From positions 1-58,414 of the forward strand of contig DATDXN010000015.1 of the NCBI GenBank assembly GCA_035289305.1: a stretch of DNA of 58,414 nucleotides. Direction: 5' to 3'. Below the pieces are notes generated by a model that saw only the letters and a program-made list of their open reading frames with translations, did no database searches and was not told the DNA's origin. The translations under genes and the position numbers were made by a program. The DNA is from Patescibacteria group bacterium (GTDB taxonomy: Bacteria > Patescibacteriota > Microgenomatia > UBA1406 > HO2-37-13b). Position 1 is the stretch's first letter. Each line of letters opens with the position of its first letter. Below are positions 1-8,397 of this stretch, in pieces.

Positions 1-183
1 CTCGTAGTTATTTATCAAATCAAGCTTTAAAGGACCCGACAGAAAATATTCAGGAAAAACAATTAAATCCAGTTTTTTGAGATCTTCCCTATTTTTCTCA
101 AGAAGATTCTTAACTTCCTCTAGATTTTTGTGAACTTTAAGGAACTCTGGCAAAAATTGAAAATAGCCAATATTAATAATCAT
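1..183 (-). CDS. Carbon-nitrogen hydrolase (nitrilase superfamily), 5' part; runs off the window start
   Basis: Not in the ORF track. Manual translation from the ATG at 183 gives MIINIGYFQFLPEFLKVHKNLEEVKNLLEKNREDLKKLDLIVFPEYFLSG..., with the DLIVFPE motif carrying the first catalytic Glu. Confidence 0.7.
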   Translation of the reverse strand, partial: MIINIGYFQFLPEFLKVHKNLEEVKNLLEKNREDLKKLDLIVFPEYFLSGPLKLDLINNYE

Positions 184-197
184 ATCCAATTAAGTTT

Positions 198-621
198 TCA
201 TTCAGACAAATTGTTAAAATATCTATCTCTGTCAAATTTAACATCAGGTTTAACTTTTATTTTATATCCTCTGCCAATGGACTTATATCAACATATTCAT
301 AATCAACACCCATATCTCTTGCCGATTGGATAGCAAACATCACATCTTGATATTCGACAGCATTCATTTCTCCTCGTTGGCCTTCGGGGACTCTACCCAT
401 AATTAATCCTCTAACAAAATGTCTTGTTCCCGAAAGAGCTTCTTTACACAAAGCAGCAGTAGCGGTTGAATCAATCCCACCAGATAACCCAATCACAACC
501 CCGTCTAATTCAGGTTTTGAATACCCAGATATTTCATGAAGCGCTTTTCTAACATAACCTTTAAGATTGTCTATGGCTGGTTCGGGAATCCTTATTCGCT
601 ATGGTCTGATTCTGGCTTCAT
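198..621 (-). pseudogene. nadE: Truncated, frame-disrupted NAD+ synthetase (NadE-like) N-terminal fragment
   Basis: ELDGVVIGLSGGIDSTATAALC is the PP-loop ATP pyrophosphatase motif. The ATG-621 frame stops after 9 codons, the main frame ends at 257, and no downstream N-x2-AR-x-RM segment is present in the frames read. Confidence 0.65.
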
Positions 622-639
622 GATTAACTTGTCCTGGTT

Positions 640-855
640 CTGGAACAGGAAACCAAAATTTTACTTCAGGAGAAATTGGGAGTGTGTGTCGGCGCACGGG
701 TGGGCGGGACAACGATACTTTCTTTTTCCCTTCCTAATTTTCAAAAGGCGTGAAAAATTTTGAGGGAAGCGAGGCCGCCAAAGGCGGGCGGGCAAAGCGA
801 AGGCGGCTGCGGCGATTCCCTTTCCCTCGCCGCGGCCGCCGGACGCTGTTAATTT
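640..855. other. GC-rich non-coding segment with several short inverted repeats, downstream of the recombinase relic
   Basis: Abrupt GC rise (gaggccgccaaaggcgggcgggcaaagcgaaggcggctgcggcg...cgccgcggccgcc) against AT-rich flanks; no credible ORF. Confidence 0.4.
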
Positions 856-1200
856 CTACGAATTTTTTATAAAATATGTTCGAGCTTTGTTGTAAAGCTG
901 CACCAAAATCTGACTTTCAGAAAATTGACCGACTTTTTCGTTGGCGGCGCGGTGAGCCGCGCCTCCCGGTTGGCCAAGACGAGGTTCGAGCCAATCATTC
1001 TGCTTTTGTTCAATCCGCGCCATTTTCTCTTCCAGCGTCTTCTTTTCGGACAATAGAACGGCTTTTTGAAGCAGAGAGGAGATTTGTTTGTCCAAAACTT
1101 CTTGGCGAATACAAGGTTCTTTACATTTGACTGCCTTGGATTTCCGCGAGCAGTGATAATAGACGTAGTGGTGAACATTGCCGTTCTTTTGCTTCTTAAT
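856..1200 (-). pseudogene. C-terminal relic of a large serine recombinase (zinc-ribbon and coiled-coil region, internally deleted)
   Basis: KKQKNGNVHHYVYYHCSRKSKAVKCKEPCIRQEVLDKQI is a recombinase zinc-ribbon-like motif. The coiled coil is very short and the resolvase catalytic domain is absent. Confidence 0.6.
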
Positions 1201-1840
1201 AAGACCTGGGGCGAGGTTTTGGTGGAATAGGTTCATTCAGTAAAACCTTCATCAAGTTAAGGCGTGTTGGAGTATCTCTGTGATGAAGTAGCATAAGTTC
1301 TCTCATGAGGGTTAGCACTTCCCTGTCGTGAGATGTAATGTTTTTCTGACAATATAAAAGAAGTTGCTCTTTTAAGTCTGCTTCAGATACAACTTCCATG
1401 AATTGTTTTTCAGGAAAAAGCATAAGCCCTAGAGGTGCAGTTGCTCCAGTTAGTTCATATTGTCCCAAATCTGATCCAAGCGCTGTAATGTTTGTACTGA
1501 TAGCTGGAATACGTTGAGCGCGAAACCATTCACGCATTCTTGATTTTTCTGGTGAAAAGTTGGAGAATTTGATACATATAGCCTGATAGCGAGGATCTTT
1601 TCCTATACGAGAATATTCAGACAATATTTCTTTTTGTTCTTCTTCTGAAAGCTGTGCTACACCTTTGTGGATTGCTTCATTTGAATTACCAAGACGTTCT
1701 ACTTGTCTTCTATAGTTACCCAAAACTGGATTTTCGAGGAATAATATATTAATCTCCGCAATACTTTCTCCTAGAGTCGCCTCAAATAGTTTTTCCTCTT
1801 GAGGATCAATCGGATATAACGTTTCTACTCCGCCACGCAT
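1196..1840 (-). CDS. Hypothetical protein (no recognised motif)
   Basis: 214-aa ATG ORF divergent from holA, with a TATACT-like box in the 41-bp spacer. Confidence 0.65.
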   Translation of the reverse strand: MRGGVETLYPIDPQEEKLFEATLGESIAEINILFLENPVLGNYRRQVERLGNSNEAIHKGVAQLSEEEQKEILSEYSRIGKDPRYQAICIKFSNFSPEKSRMREWFRAQRIPAISTNITALGSDLGQYELTGATAPLGLMLFPEKQFMEVVSEADLKEQLLLYCQKNITSHDREVLTLMRELMLLHHRDTPTRLNLMKVLLNEPIPPKPRPRSY

Positions 1841-1881
1841 TATAAAAGAATAGTATACTACTCTATAAAGAAAAAATCAAT

Positions 1882-2559
1882 ATGATCTATCTTTTTTGCG
1901 GAGATGATACGGCCGCCTCACGAAATGCTTTTCATCTCGCGAAGGTCGCATACAAACAGAAAAACTATGAGGTGATCGCAATTGGCGAAAAAAACATCAC
2001 CGAGCTTGAAAAATGGCTCGTCAACAGCCAAAATCTCTTTTGGCAAAACAGGATTTTTGCGGGAGAGAATCTGCTCTCAAAAAAAGAATACCGTGATATT
2101 TTCAAAAATTATGATACAAAAGATGAAAACGCTATCATTCTTCTCTGGGATGAGGAGATTGATGAGCGAAGCGCAAAACGCATCTTCAAAACAGCGCGTC
2201 TTTCCATATCAAAACTGCCCTCAACAATCTTTAAGTTTTTGGATGCCGTATATCCTTCAAACAAAACCCCTGCATTGCGTCTTCTGCAGGATATTTCGCA
2301 GTCGATTGATGAACACATCATATTGTATATGTTGCAAAAAAGAATTCGCGAACTGATCGCAGTTACCACCGGAAAAACACCGGAGAAATTGCAGCAGTGG
2401 CAGATCGCAAAGCTCTCTATGCAGAGCAAAAAATGGAAGGAGCAGCAATTGTTGTCATTTTATGATGCGTTGTATAGAATTGAAGTATATGCGAAAACAA
2501 ATACTCATTACTATTCTATCAAAAAGTCACTTGACATTGCACTGTGCTACTCTATATGA
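1882..2559 (+). CDS. holA: DNA polymerase III delta subunit-like protein (short form)
   Basis: MIYLFCGDD N-terminus, IFKFLDAV and LYRIEVYAKT C-terminal pattern; 225 aa. Confidence 0.7.
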   Translation: MIYLFCGDDTAASRNAFHLAKVAYKQKNYEVIAIGEKNITELEKWLVNSQNLFWQNRIFAGENLLSKKEYRDIFKNYDTKDENAIILLWDEEIDERSAKRIFKTARLSISKLPSTIFKFLDAVYPSNKTPALRLLQDISQSIDEHIILYMLQKRIRELIAVTTGKTPEKLQQWQIAKLSMQSKKWKEQQLLSFYDALYRIEVYAKTNTHYYSIKKSLDIALCYSI

Positions 2560-2584
2560 TAGCATCATACAAAAATTAAAAGTC

Positions 2585-2603
2585 AACCCCGATAAAATCG
2601 GGG
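2585..2603. repeat. 19-bp micro-palindrome AACCCCGATAAAATCGGGG flanked by TC/TC
   Basis: Seen directly; an 18/19-identical copy lies at 44214-44232 on the minus strand. Confidence 0.8.
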
Positions 2604-2616
2604 TCAAAAGTCAAAA

Positions 2617-4017
2617 ATGATAAACATTGCCTCACAGATTTTCAAAAGCTACGATATTCGCGGTACCTACCCTGATCAAATTCATGAGAAGAACATTGTT
2701 GCTATTGTCAATGCTATTCACGCTTTTTTTCTTGAGCAAGCAAAAAAAGAGAGTATTTCTATAGTCGTTGGCCGCGATATGCGACTATCAGGTCCTTCAC
2801 TGTTTGCAATTGTCAAAAAAACACTTGTTGATGCTGGAGCACAGGTGATTGATATCGGACTCGTGGCAACACCCACGTTTTATTTTACCGTCCAAACATA
2901 TAGGTATGATGCGGGTATTCAACTTTCTGCATCTCATAATCCCCCTCAATACAACGGCTTGAAACTGGTGCAAAATTTTGGCGGCAGACTTCTCAAGATT
3001 GGTAAATCAACCGGAATGGAAAAGATCAAGGAATATGCCCTTGCCGGAAAAAAAGCTAGTTCATCACAGAAAGGCACTGTGACTGCAAAAAAAAATATCC
3101 TTACTCATGAAATAGAGGAAGTAAAAAAAATGGTAGATTTTTCTGGTATTTTACCGCTTAAAGTCGTTGCGGATCCTGCAAATGCCATGGGGTCTCTGTA
3201 TATAGAAGAGCTTTTTAAACATCTGCCCTGTGAGCTCGTAAAAATGAATTTTGAGCTTGATGGTTCTTTTCCCGCTCACCAACCAGATCCTTTGGTCAAA
3301 GCAAATCTCAAGAGTTTGCAGCAGAAAGTACGTGAGGAGCGAGCAGATATTGGACTTGCTCCAGACGGAGACGGAGACCGACTTTTTTTCGTCGATGAAA
3401 AGGGGCAGATCGTTTCTGCCTCCTACATCACGGCACTTGTGGCGCGAGAACTTTTGAAAAAAACCCCCGGAGCCGCAATTTTATATGATATTCGCTATAC
3501 CAAAACACCTGCGAAAAACGTGAAAAAGTATGGCGGCATTTCTCATATTACCAAAGTTGGCCATGCGTTCATTACAGAAGCCATGCATACACATAAAGCT
3601 CTTTTTGCGGGAGAATCGTCAGGTCATTATTATTTCGCCAAAACTGGCGGTGCCGAGTGGCAACTCCCCGTTATTTTAATCGTATTATCAGTCATATCAA
3701 AGGAAAAAAAACCACTTTCTCTGGTAGTTGAAGAGCTTCGGGGGAGTTTTGAATCAGGTGAATATAATTTCAAAACAGATACAGCGAAGGAGATTTTAGC
3801 AGCGCTGCAGGAGAAATATTGTGATGGTAAAATGGTGACAATTGATGGTGTGGCTGTTGAATATGATACATGGAGATTTGGTGTACGCACCTCAAATACC
3901 GAGCCTCTCATACGACTCAACCTCGAGGCAGATAGTGAGAAGCTTATGGAGGAAAAACGAGATGAGCTTATCAATTTCATTACCCATGCTGGGGCGACTC
4001 TCATGAAGGAGGAGTAA
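2617..4017 (+). CDS. manB: Phosphomannomutase/phosphoglucomutase
   Basis: FKSYDIRG, SASHNP (phosphoserine), PDGDGDR (metal loop) and GESSGH motifs. Confidence 0.92.
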   Translation: MINIASQIFKSYDIRGTYPDQIHEKNIVAIVNAIHAFFLEQAKKESISIVVGRDMRLSGPSLFAIVKKTLVDAGAQVIDIGLVATPTFYFTVQTYRYDAGIQLSASHNPPQYNGLKLVQNFGGRLLKIGKSTGMEKIKEYALAGKKASSSQKGTVTAKKNILTHEIEEVKKMVDFSGILPLKVVADPANAMGSLYIEELFKHLPCELVKMNFELDGSFPAHQPDPLVKANLKSLQQKVREERADIGLAPDGDGDRLFFVDEKGQIVSASYITALVARELLKKTPGAAILYDIRYTKTPAKNVKKYGGISHITKVGHAFITEAMHTHKALFAGESSGHYYFAKTGGAEWQLPVILIVLSVISKEKKPLSLVVEELRGSFESGEYNFKTDTAKEILAALQEKYCDGKMVTIDGVAVEYDTWRFGVRTSNTEPLIRLNLEADSEKLMEEKRDELINFITHAGATLMKEE

Positions 4018-4021
4018 ACAC

Positions 4022-5056
4022 ATGATAGATACACAAAAAATAAAAAAATTAGACACTGCAGACGTGTATTCATCTATCAAACAACTACCTCATCAAATAG
4101 AACAAGCCATGAAAGACGTAGAAAGAATAGCCTACCCAGAAAAATATAGAGATGCCGAAAACATCGCCATATCCGGTATGGGTGGCTCTATTTATAATTA
4201 CTATGTTATTTCCTCTCTTTTTACGCGTGAGCTGCACAAGCCCATCATAGCGGTAAATGGATATGAGCTTCCCGCATATATGAAGGCAAAAACACTGTTT
4301 GTCGGCTCTTCATATTCAGGAAGTACCGAGGAAACGATTGCCTCAACGACCGATGCCATCAAGCAAAACCTATTGGTTACTGCTTTAACCACAGGAGGAA
4401 AATTGGGTGAATTGATGAAGTTTCATGATCTTCCTTTTTATCAATTTACACCTCATTTTAATCCCTGTGGTCAGCCCAGAGTAGGTGTGGGTTATATGAT
4501 TTTTGGTGCTATTTTCATACTCTCACATTTGGGACTTCTTCATCTTGATATTGCTGCGGTGCACAGTGCTATTACTACCCTCAAAAATAATGATGCACGC
4601 ATACAAGAAAAAGCATATAAGCTCAAAAATCAGATGAAAGATACCATTATTATCTTCGTCGGATCAGAACATGTAAGCGGTGTGGTACACGCAGCGCGCA
4701 ATCAGATCAATGAAACAGCAAAAGCGTTTGCACAATATCACCTCATTCCCGAGCTCAATCATCATCTGATGGAAGGACTCACCTACCCGAAGGATAAAAA
4801 ACTTACCTTTGTGTTCTATAATTCCCACCTTTATCATGGGAGAAATAGAAAACGCTATGACGTCACGAAAAAAGTGCTTGATAAACAAGGTGTTCCTTAT
4901 ATTGATGTATCGCTTGAGGGGAAAAATAAACTTGAGGAGTTTTTGCTCTATCTTCAGTTGAGCTCATATCTTTCATTCTTCCTCGGCATCGACTACGGTG
5001 TTGACCCCTCTCAAATCCAGTGGGTAGATTATTTCAAAAAAGAGCTTGCAAAATGA
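4022..5056 (+). CDS. Bifunctional phosphoglucose/phosphomannose isomerase (SIS domains)
   Basis: SGMGGS, SYSGSTEET, NQINETAK and PELNHH motifs; AGGAGG SD upstream. Confidence 0.88.
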   Translation: MIDTQKIKKLDTADVYSSIKQLPHQIEQAMKDVERIAYPEKYRDAENIAISGMGGSIYNYYVISSLFTRELHKPIIAVNGYELPAYMKAKTLFVGSSYSGSTEETIASTTDAIKQNLLVTALTTGGKLGELMKFHDLPFYQFTPHFNPCGQPRVGVGYMIFGAIFILSHLGLLHLDIAAVHSAITTLKNNDARIQEKAYKLKNQMKDTIIIFVGSEHVSGVVHAARNQINETAKAFAQYHLIPELNHHLMEGLTYPKDKKLTFVFYNSHLYHGRNRKRYDVTKKVLDKQGVPYIDVSLEGKNKLEEFLLYLQLSSYLSFFLGIDYGVDPSQIQWVDYFKKELAK

Positions 5057-5065
5057 TAATCTATT

Positions 5066-5134
5066 TCAACTTTAATTATTTAATAAATTAAAGTCGTTTG
5101 TTACAAAGTTCCGAATGAGGATAATGCATACTGT
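5066..5134 (+). repeat. 69-bp dispersed intergenic element, copy A
   Basis: Gapless 54/69 match to the reverse complement of 29381-29449; contains the ACTTTAATT-N8-AATTAAAGT inverted repeat. Confidence 0.8.
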
Positions 5135-5146
5135 ATTAAATGACCA

Positions 5147-5175
5147 TTGACTTTTTTCCATAACTTATATACCAT
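5147..5175 (+). promoter_or_regulatory. Sigma70-type promoter TTGACT-N17-TACCAT
   Basis: Consensus-like hexamers with 17-bp spacing, 6 nt before the ATG at 5182. Confidence 0.55.
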
Positions 5176-5181
5176 AAAAAT

Positions 5182-5937
5182 ATGGACCACCAGGATCGTT
5201 CCCATGCATCACCATCATTTATCAATATATTTGTACTCCTCTTGTTTGCGGCTGTCATTGCGTTTGCGTCGTCTGTAGGAACATATATGTACATGACTTC
5301 GCAAAAAAATCAAGAGTCACCAACCAATCAACCTCTTGTAATTCCTCAAACCGCTGTTTCACCGACTTCTACATCGGCTAATCCGATAACGACTTCAGAT
5401 GAAACGGCGAATTGGAAAACATATACAAATAATCGCTATGGCTATAATATTAAATATCCAGCAAACTGGTTTGTTAGCACAAAATATTCTGAAATGGATT
5501 TTACAAGGCGCGGTGGTTATGATGTTGGCATTACTTATTATGGTGGAGATACCGCCTGGTCAAATTATCCTAAATTTGATTATACTCCACCCGATCCGCC
5601 ACCCTCTGATTCACAATTCATTGGTCTTATAATTCTTAAAACAGACCAATCTTTAGATGATTATTACAATTCAACATACAATGATCCTAATGACCCTGAA
5701 ACAAAAGTTCTTGAGAAAGAAAAATCTACTATTCAAGGTAAGGGATTATTAAAATTTACATATGTTAACTTTATTAATACACTTAAAACAAATAATCCTC
5801 AAGGTGCTAAGGCACGAAAAGCACTGGTAAAAATAAATAATGGGATCATGATCTTCAGTTATTCGATAGAAGAATACAAAAAAGATGAAAGCAAGATATT
5901 TGATTCTATGATAGATTCCTTGCGTTTTACACGATGA
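5182..5937 (+). CDS. Membrane-anchored hypothetical protein with a PsbP-like extracellular domain
   Basis: One N-terminal TM helix, S/T/P-rich linker, WKTYTNNRYGYNIKYPANW motif and FDSMIDSLRF C-terminus. Confidence 0.75.
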   Translation: MDHQDRSHASPSFINIFVLLLFAAVIAFASSVGTYMYMTSQKNQESPTNQPLVIPQTAVSPTSTSANPITTSDETANWKTYTNNRYGYNIKYPANWFVSTKYSEMDFTRRGGYDVGITYYGGDTAWSNYPKFDYTPPDPPPSDSQFIGLIILKTDQSLDDYYNSTYNDPNDPETKVLEKEKSTIQGKGLLKFTYVNFINTLKTNNPQGAKARKALVKINNGIMIFSYSIEEYKKDESKIFDSMIDSLRFTR

Positions 5938-6042
5938 GTTCATGAAACCCACCTCTTTTTTACATTTTTGAACCTTCCTTAATCAACGATATTTCAAGTT
6001 GCTTTTTTTCCGATTTCATGCGTATACTGAATAATATAGTTT

Positions 6043-8397
6043 ATGGCAAAAAAACACATTGTGTGGTTTGAGGAAGTTGATAAGGAAGATGTTGGGTTAG
6101 TAGGCGGCAAGGGCGCAAACTTAGGAGAAATGTTGAGAGCAGGTTTCCCAGTTCCGTATGGATTTATCGTTACGTCATATGCATATTTTTCCTTTATAGA
6201 GGAGAATAAGCTTTCTCCCAAAATAAAAGAATTATTAAGCGGTATTGACTATGAAGATTCTGATAAATTGGACAAAATTGCGCATCAAATCCAACGCCTC
6301 ATCACTTCCTCACCCATTCCTTCCTCACTTACAAAAACTGTCATAGAATTTTACGACCACCTTGAAGAAAAAGAGCAAAAAATTCTAAAAAAACATACGA
6401 GTCCTTTTGCGCGTATAAAAGCGCCTTTGAAGGCAACCTATACCCCACCGGTAGTGGCGGTACGCTCAAGCGCCACTGCCGAGGACCTGCCCACTGCCTC
6501 TTTTGCGGGACAACAAGAGACATATCTCAATATAAAAGGTGAAAATCACTTACTCATGAAAATCAGAGAATGCTGGGCATCTCTTTTCACACCCCGCGCC
6601 ATATATTATAGAAACAACCAAAAATTTGACCATTTCAAAGTCGGTCTTGCGGCAGTGGTGCAAAAAATGATAAATGGAGACTCATCAGGTATTGCCTTCA
6701 GTATCGACCCTATCACCAATAATAAATCAATGATGACGATTGAGGCAATTTTTGGTCTTGGCGAGTATATCGTGCAGGGAAAAGTCACCCCGGACCACTA
6801 TGAAATCGACAAAAAAACCCTCTCCATCGTCAAAAAAGAAATACGCACCCAAAAAACTGCGCTCGTTAAGGAAAAAGGCCGGAATAAAGAAATTATTCTT
6901 ACCAAGACCCACGGAGACAAGGAAAAGCTGACCGATGATCTGATTATTAAACTCGCACAGATGGTCAAAAATATCGAAAAACATTATTATTTTCCCCAAG
7001 ATATCGAGTGGGCCATGAAAGACAATCAATTATATATTGTTCAGTCACGACCAATTACAACGATTAATCACCCAAATATGGTAGAGACAGGTCGCGACCT
7101 GTCTCTACAGAATAAAGGAAAAATATTGGTAAAAGGAGATCCAGCCTCTCCAGGTATAGCATCTGGAAGGCCTGTTATTATCATGAAGCCTTCTGAAATT
7201 GACAGAGTCAAAAAAGGCGACGTGTTAGTGGCTCCTCATACAAATCCTGATTACGTCCCTGCGATGCGCAGAGCATACGCTATTGTCACTGAAACAGGCG
7301 GACGTACCTCACATGCTGCCATCGTTTCGCGTGAGCTTGGTGTACCTGCCGTGGTTGGGGCTTCCTCTGCGATACGGATTTTGAAGCATGAAAAGATAAT
7401 TACCGTCAATGGTAAAAACGGAGAAATTACGCGCGGAGGATTTTTCACGCCTCGGCCGTCCCAAACTCAAGAAAAAAGTAAGGCACATTACTCAAAACTC
7501 CATACGTTGACAAAAGTGTATGTCAACCTCGGTGAACCAGAGGAGGCAAAAAGAGTGGCGAGCATGCCTGTTGACGGGGTAGGTTTACTTCGTGCAGAGT
7601 TTATGATCGCAGAAATGGGTATTCATCCAAGAGAATTTATCAAGGAGAAAAAACAGCATTTTTTTACCCATACATTGACAAAAAATCTCATTACGTTTGC
7701 AAAAGCCTTTGCGCCACGCCCCATCATATATCGAGCAACGGATTTCAAAACAAATGAATATAGAAACTTAAAAGGCGGTTCATTATATGAGCCCAAAGAA
7801 GAAAATCCGCTTATTGGTTATCGCGGCGCAACGCGCTACATCGCTGATAAACAGGTTTTTGAGCTAGAACTTGCGGCTTTAAAGAATGTCAGAGAAAAGG
7901 GTTACAAAAATATACATTTGATGATTCCGTTTATACGGACGCCTCATGAGCTTTTTCAGATTAAAAATATTCTTTCATCTTTTGATTTTATCAATCGTCC
8001 CTCATTCAAGCTCTGGATCATGGTCGAGGTCCCATCAACCGTTATACTCCTTGAGGATTTTATTAAAATGGGAATTGATGGTGTATCCATTGGGACGAAT
8101 GATCTGACTATGCTTATATTAGGTGTCGACCGCGACAGCCACGAAGTCGCCCCTCTTTACGATGAGCGAAACAAAGCGGTATTGTGGGCGATTGAACGGG
8201 TTGTCAAAACTGCAAAAAAACATGGTATTACTTCCTCGCTCTGTGGACAGGCTGCATCTGATTACCCCGATTTAGTTGAAAAATTGGTAGAATGGGGTAT
8301 AACCAGTGTATCCGTGAGTCCTGATGCTTTTACTCAAACAAAATTACATGTGTTTTCTGCAGAAAAAAAATTATGGCAAAAATTAAAAAAATCGTAA
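6043..8397 (+). CDS. ppsA: Phosphoenolpyruvate synthase
   Basis: VGGKGANLGEM, VAVRSSATAED, GGRTSHAAIVSRE (phospho-His), GVGLLRAEF and SIGTNDLT motifs. Confidence 0.95.
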   Translation: MAKKHIVWFEEVDKEDVGLVGGKGANLGEMLRAGFPVPYGFIVTSYAYFSFIEENKLSPKIKELLSGIDYEDSDKLDKIAHQIQRLITSSPIPSSLTKTVIEFYDHLEEKEQKILKKHTSPFARIKAPLKATYTPPVVAVRSSATAEDLPTASFAGQQETYLNIKGENHLLMKIRECWASLFTPRAIYYRNNQKFDHFKVGLAAVVQKMINGDSSGIAFSIDPITNNKSMMTIEAIFGLGEYIVQGKVTPDHYEIDKKTLSIVKKEIRTQKTALVKEKGRNKEIILTKTHGDKEKLTDDLIIKLAQMVKNIEKHYYFPQDIEWAMKDNQLYIVQSRPITTINHPNMVETGRDLSLQNKGKILVKGDPASPGIASGRPVIIMKPSEIDRVKKGDVLVAPHTNPDYVPAMRRAYAIVTETGGRTSHAAIVSRELGVPAVVGASSAIRILKHEKIITVNGKNGEITRGGFFTPRPSQTQEKSKAHYSKLHTLTKVYVNLGEPEEAKRVASMPVDGVGLLRAEFMIAEMGIHPREFIKEKKQHFFTHTLTKNLITFAKAFAPRPIIYRATDFKTNEYRNLKGGSLYEPKEENPLIGYRGATRYIADKQVFELELAALKNVREKGYKNIHLMIPFIRTPHELFQIKNILSSFDFINRPSFKLWIMVEVPSTVILLEDFIKMGIDGVSIGTNDLTMLILGVDRDSHEVAPLYDERNKAVLWAIERVVKTAKKHGITSSLCGQAASDYPDLVEKLVEWGITSVSVSPDAFTQTKLHVFSAEKKLWQKLKKS
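7081..7108. repeat. Perfect 28-bp GTAG-type REP-like palindrome inside ppsA
   Basis: GTAGAGACAGGTCG|CGACCTGTCTCTAC is its own reverse complement; read in frame as VETGRDLSL. Confidence 0.85.

Noticed and set aside
5072-5161. 29-aa small ORF (MEKSQWSF...FNLLNN*) on the minus strand across the 69-bp element
   Set aside because: The second copy keeps the frame but has no start codon before an upstream stop, and the ORF overlaps a promoter; a non-coding role is more likely.
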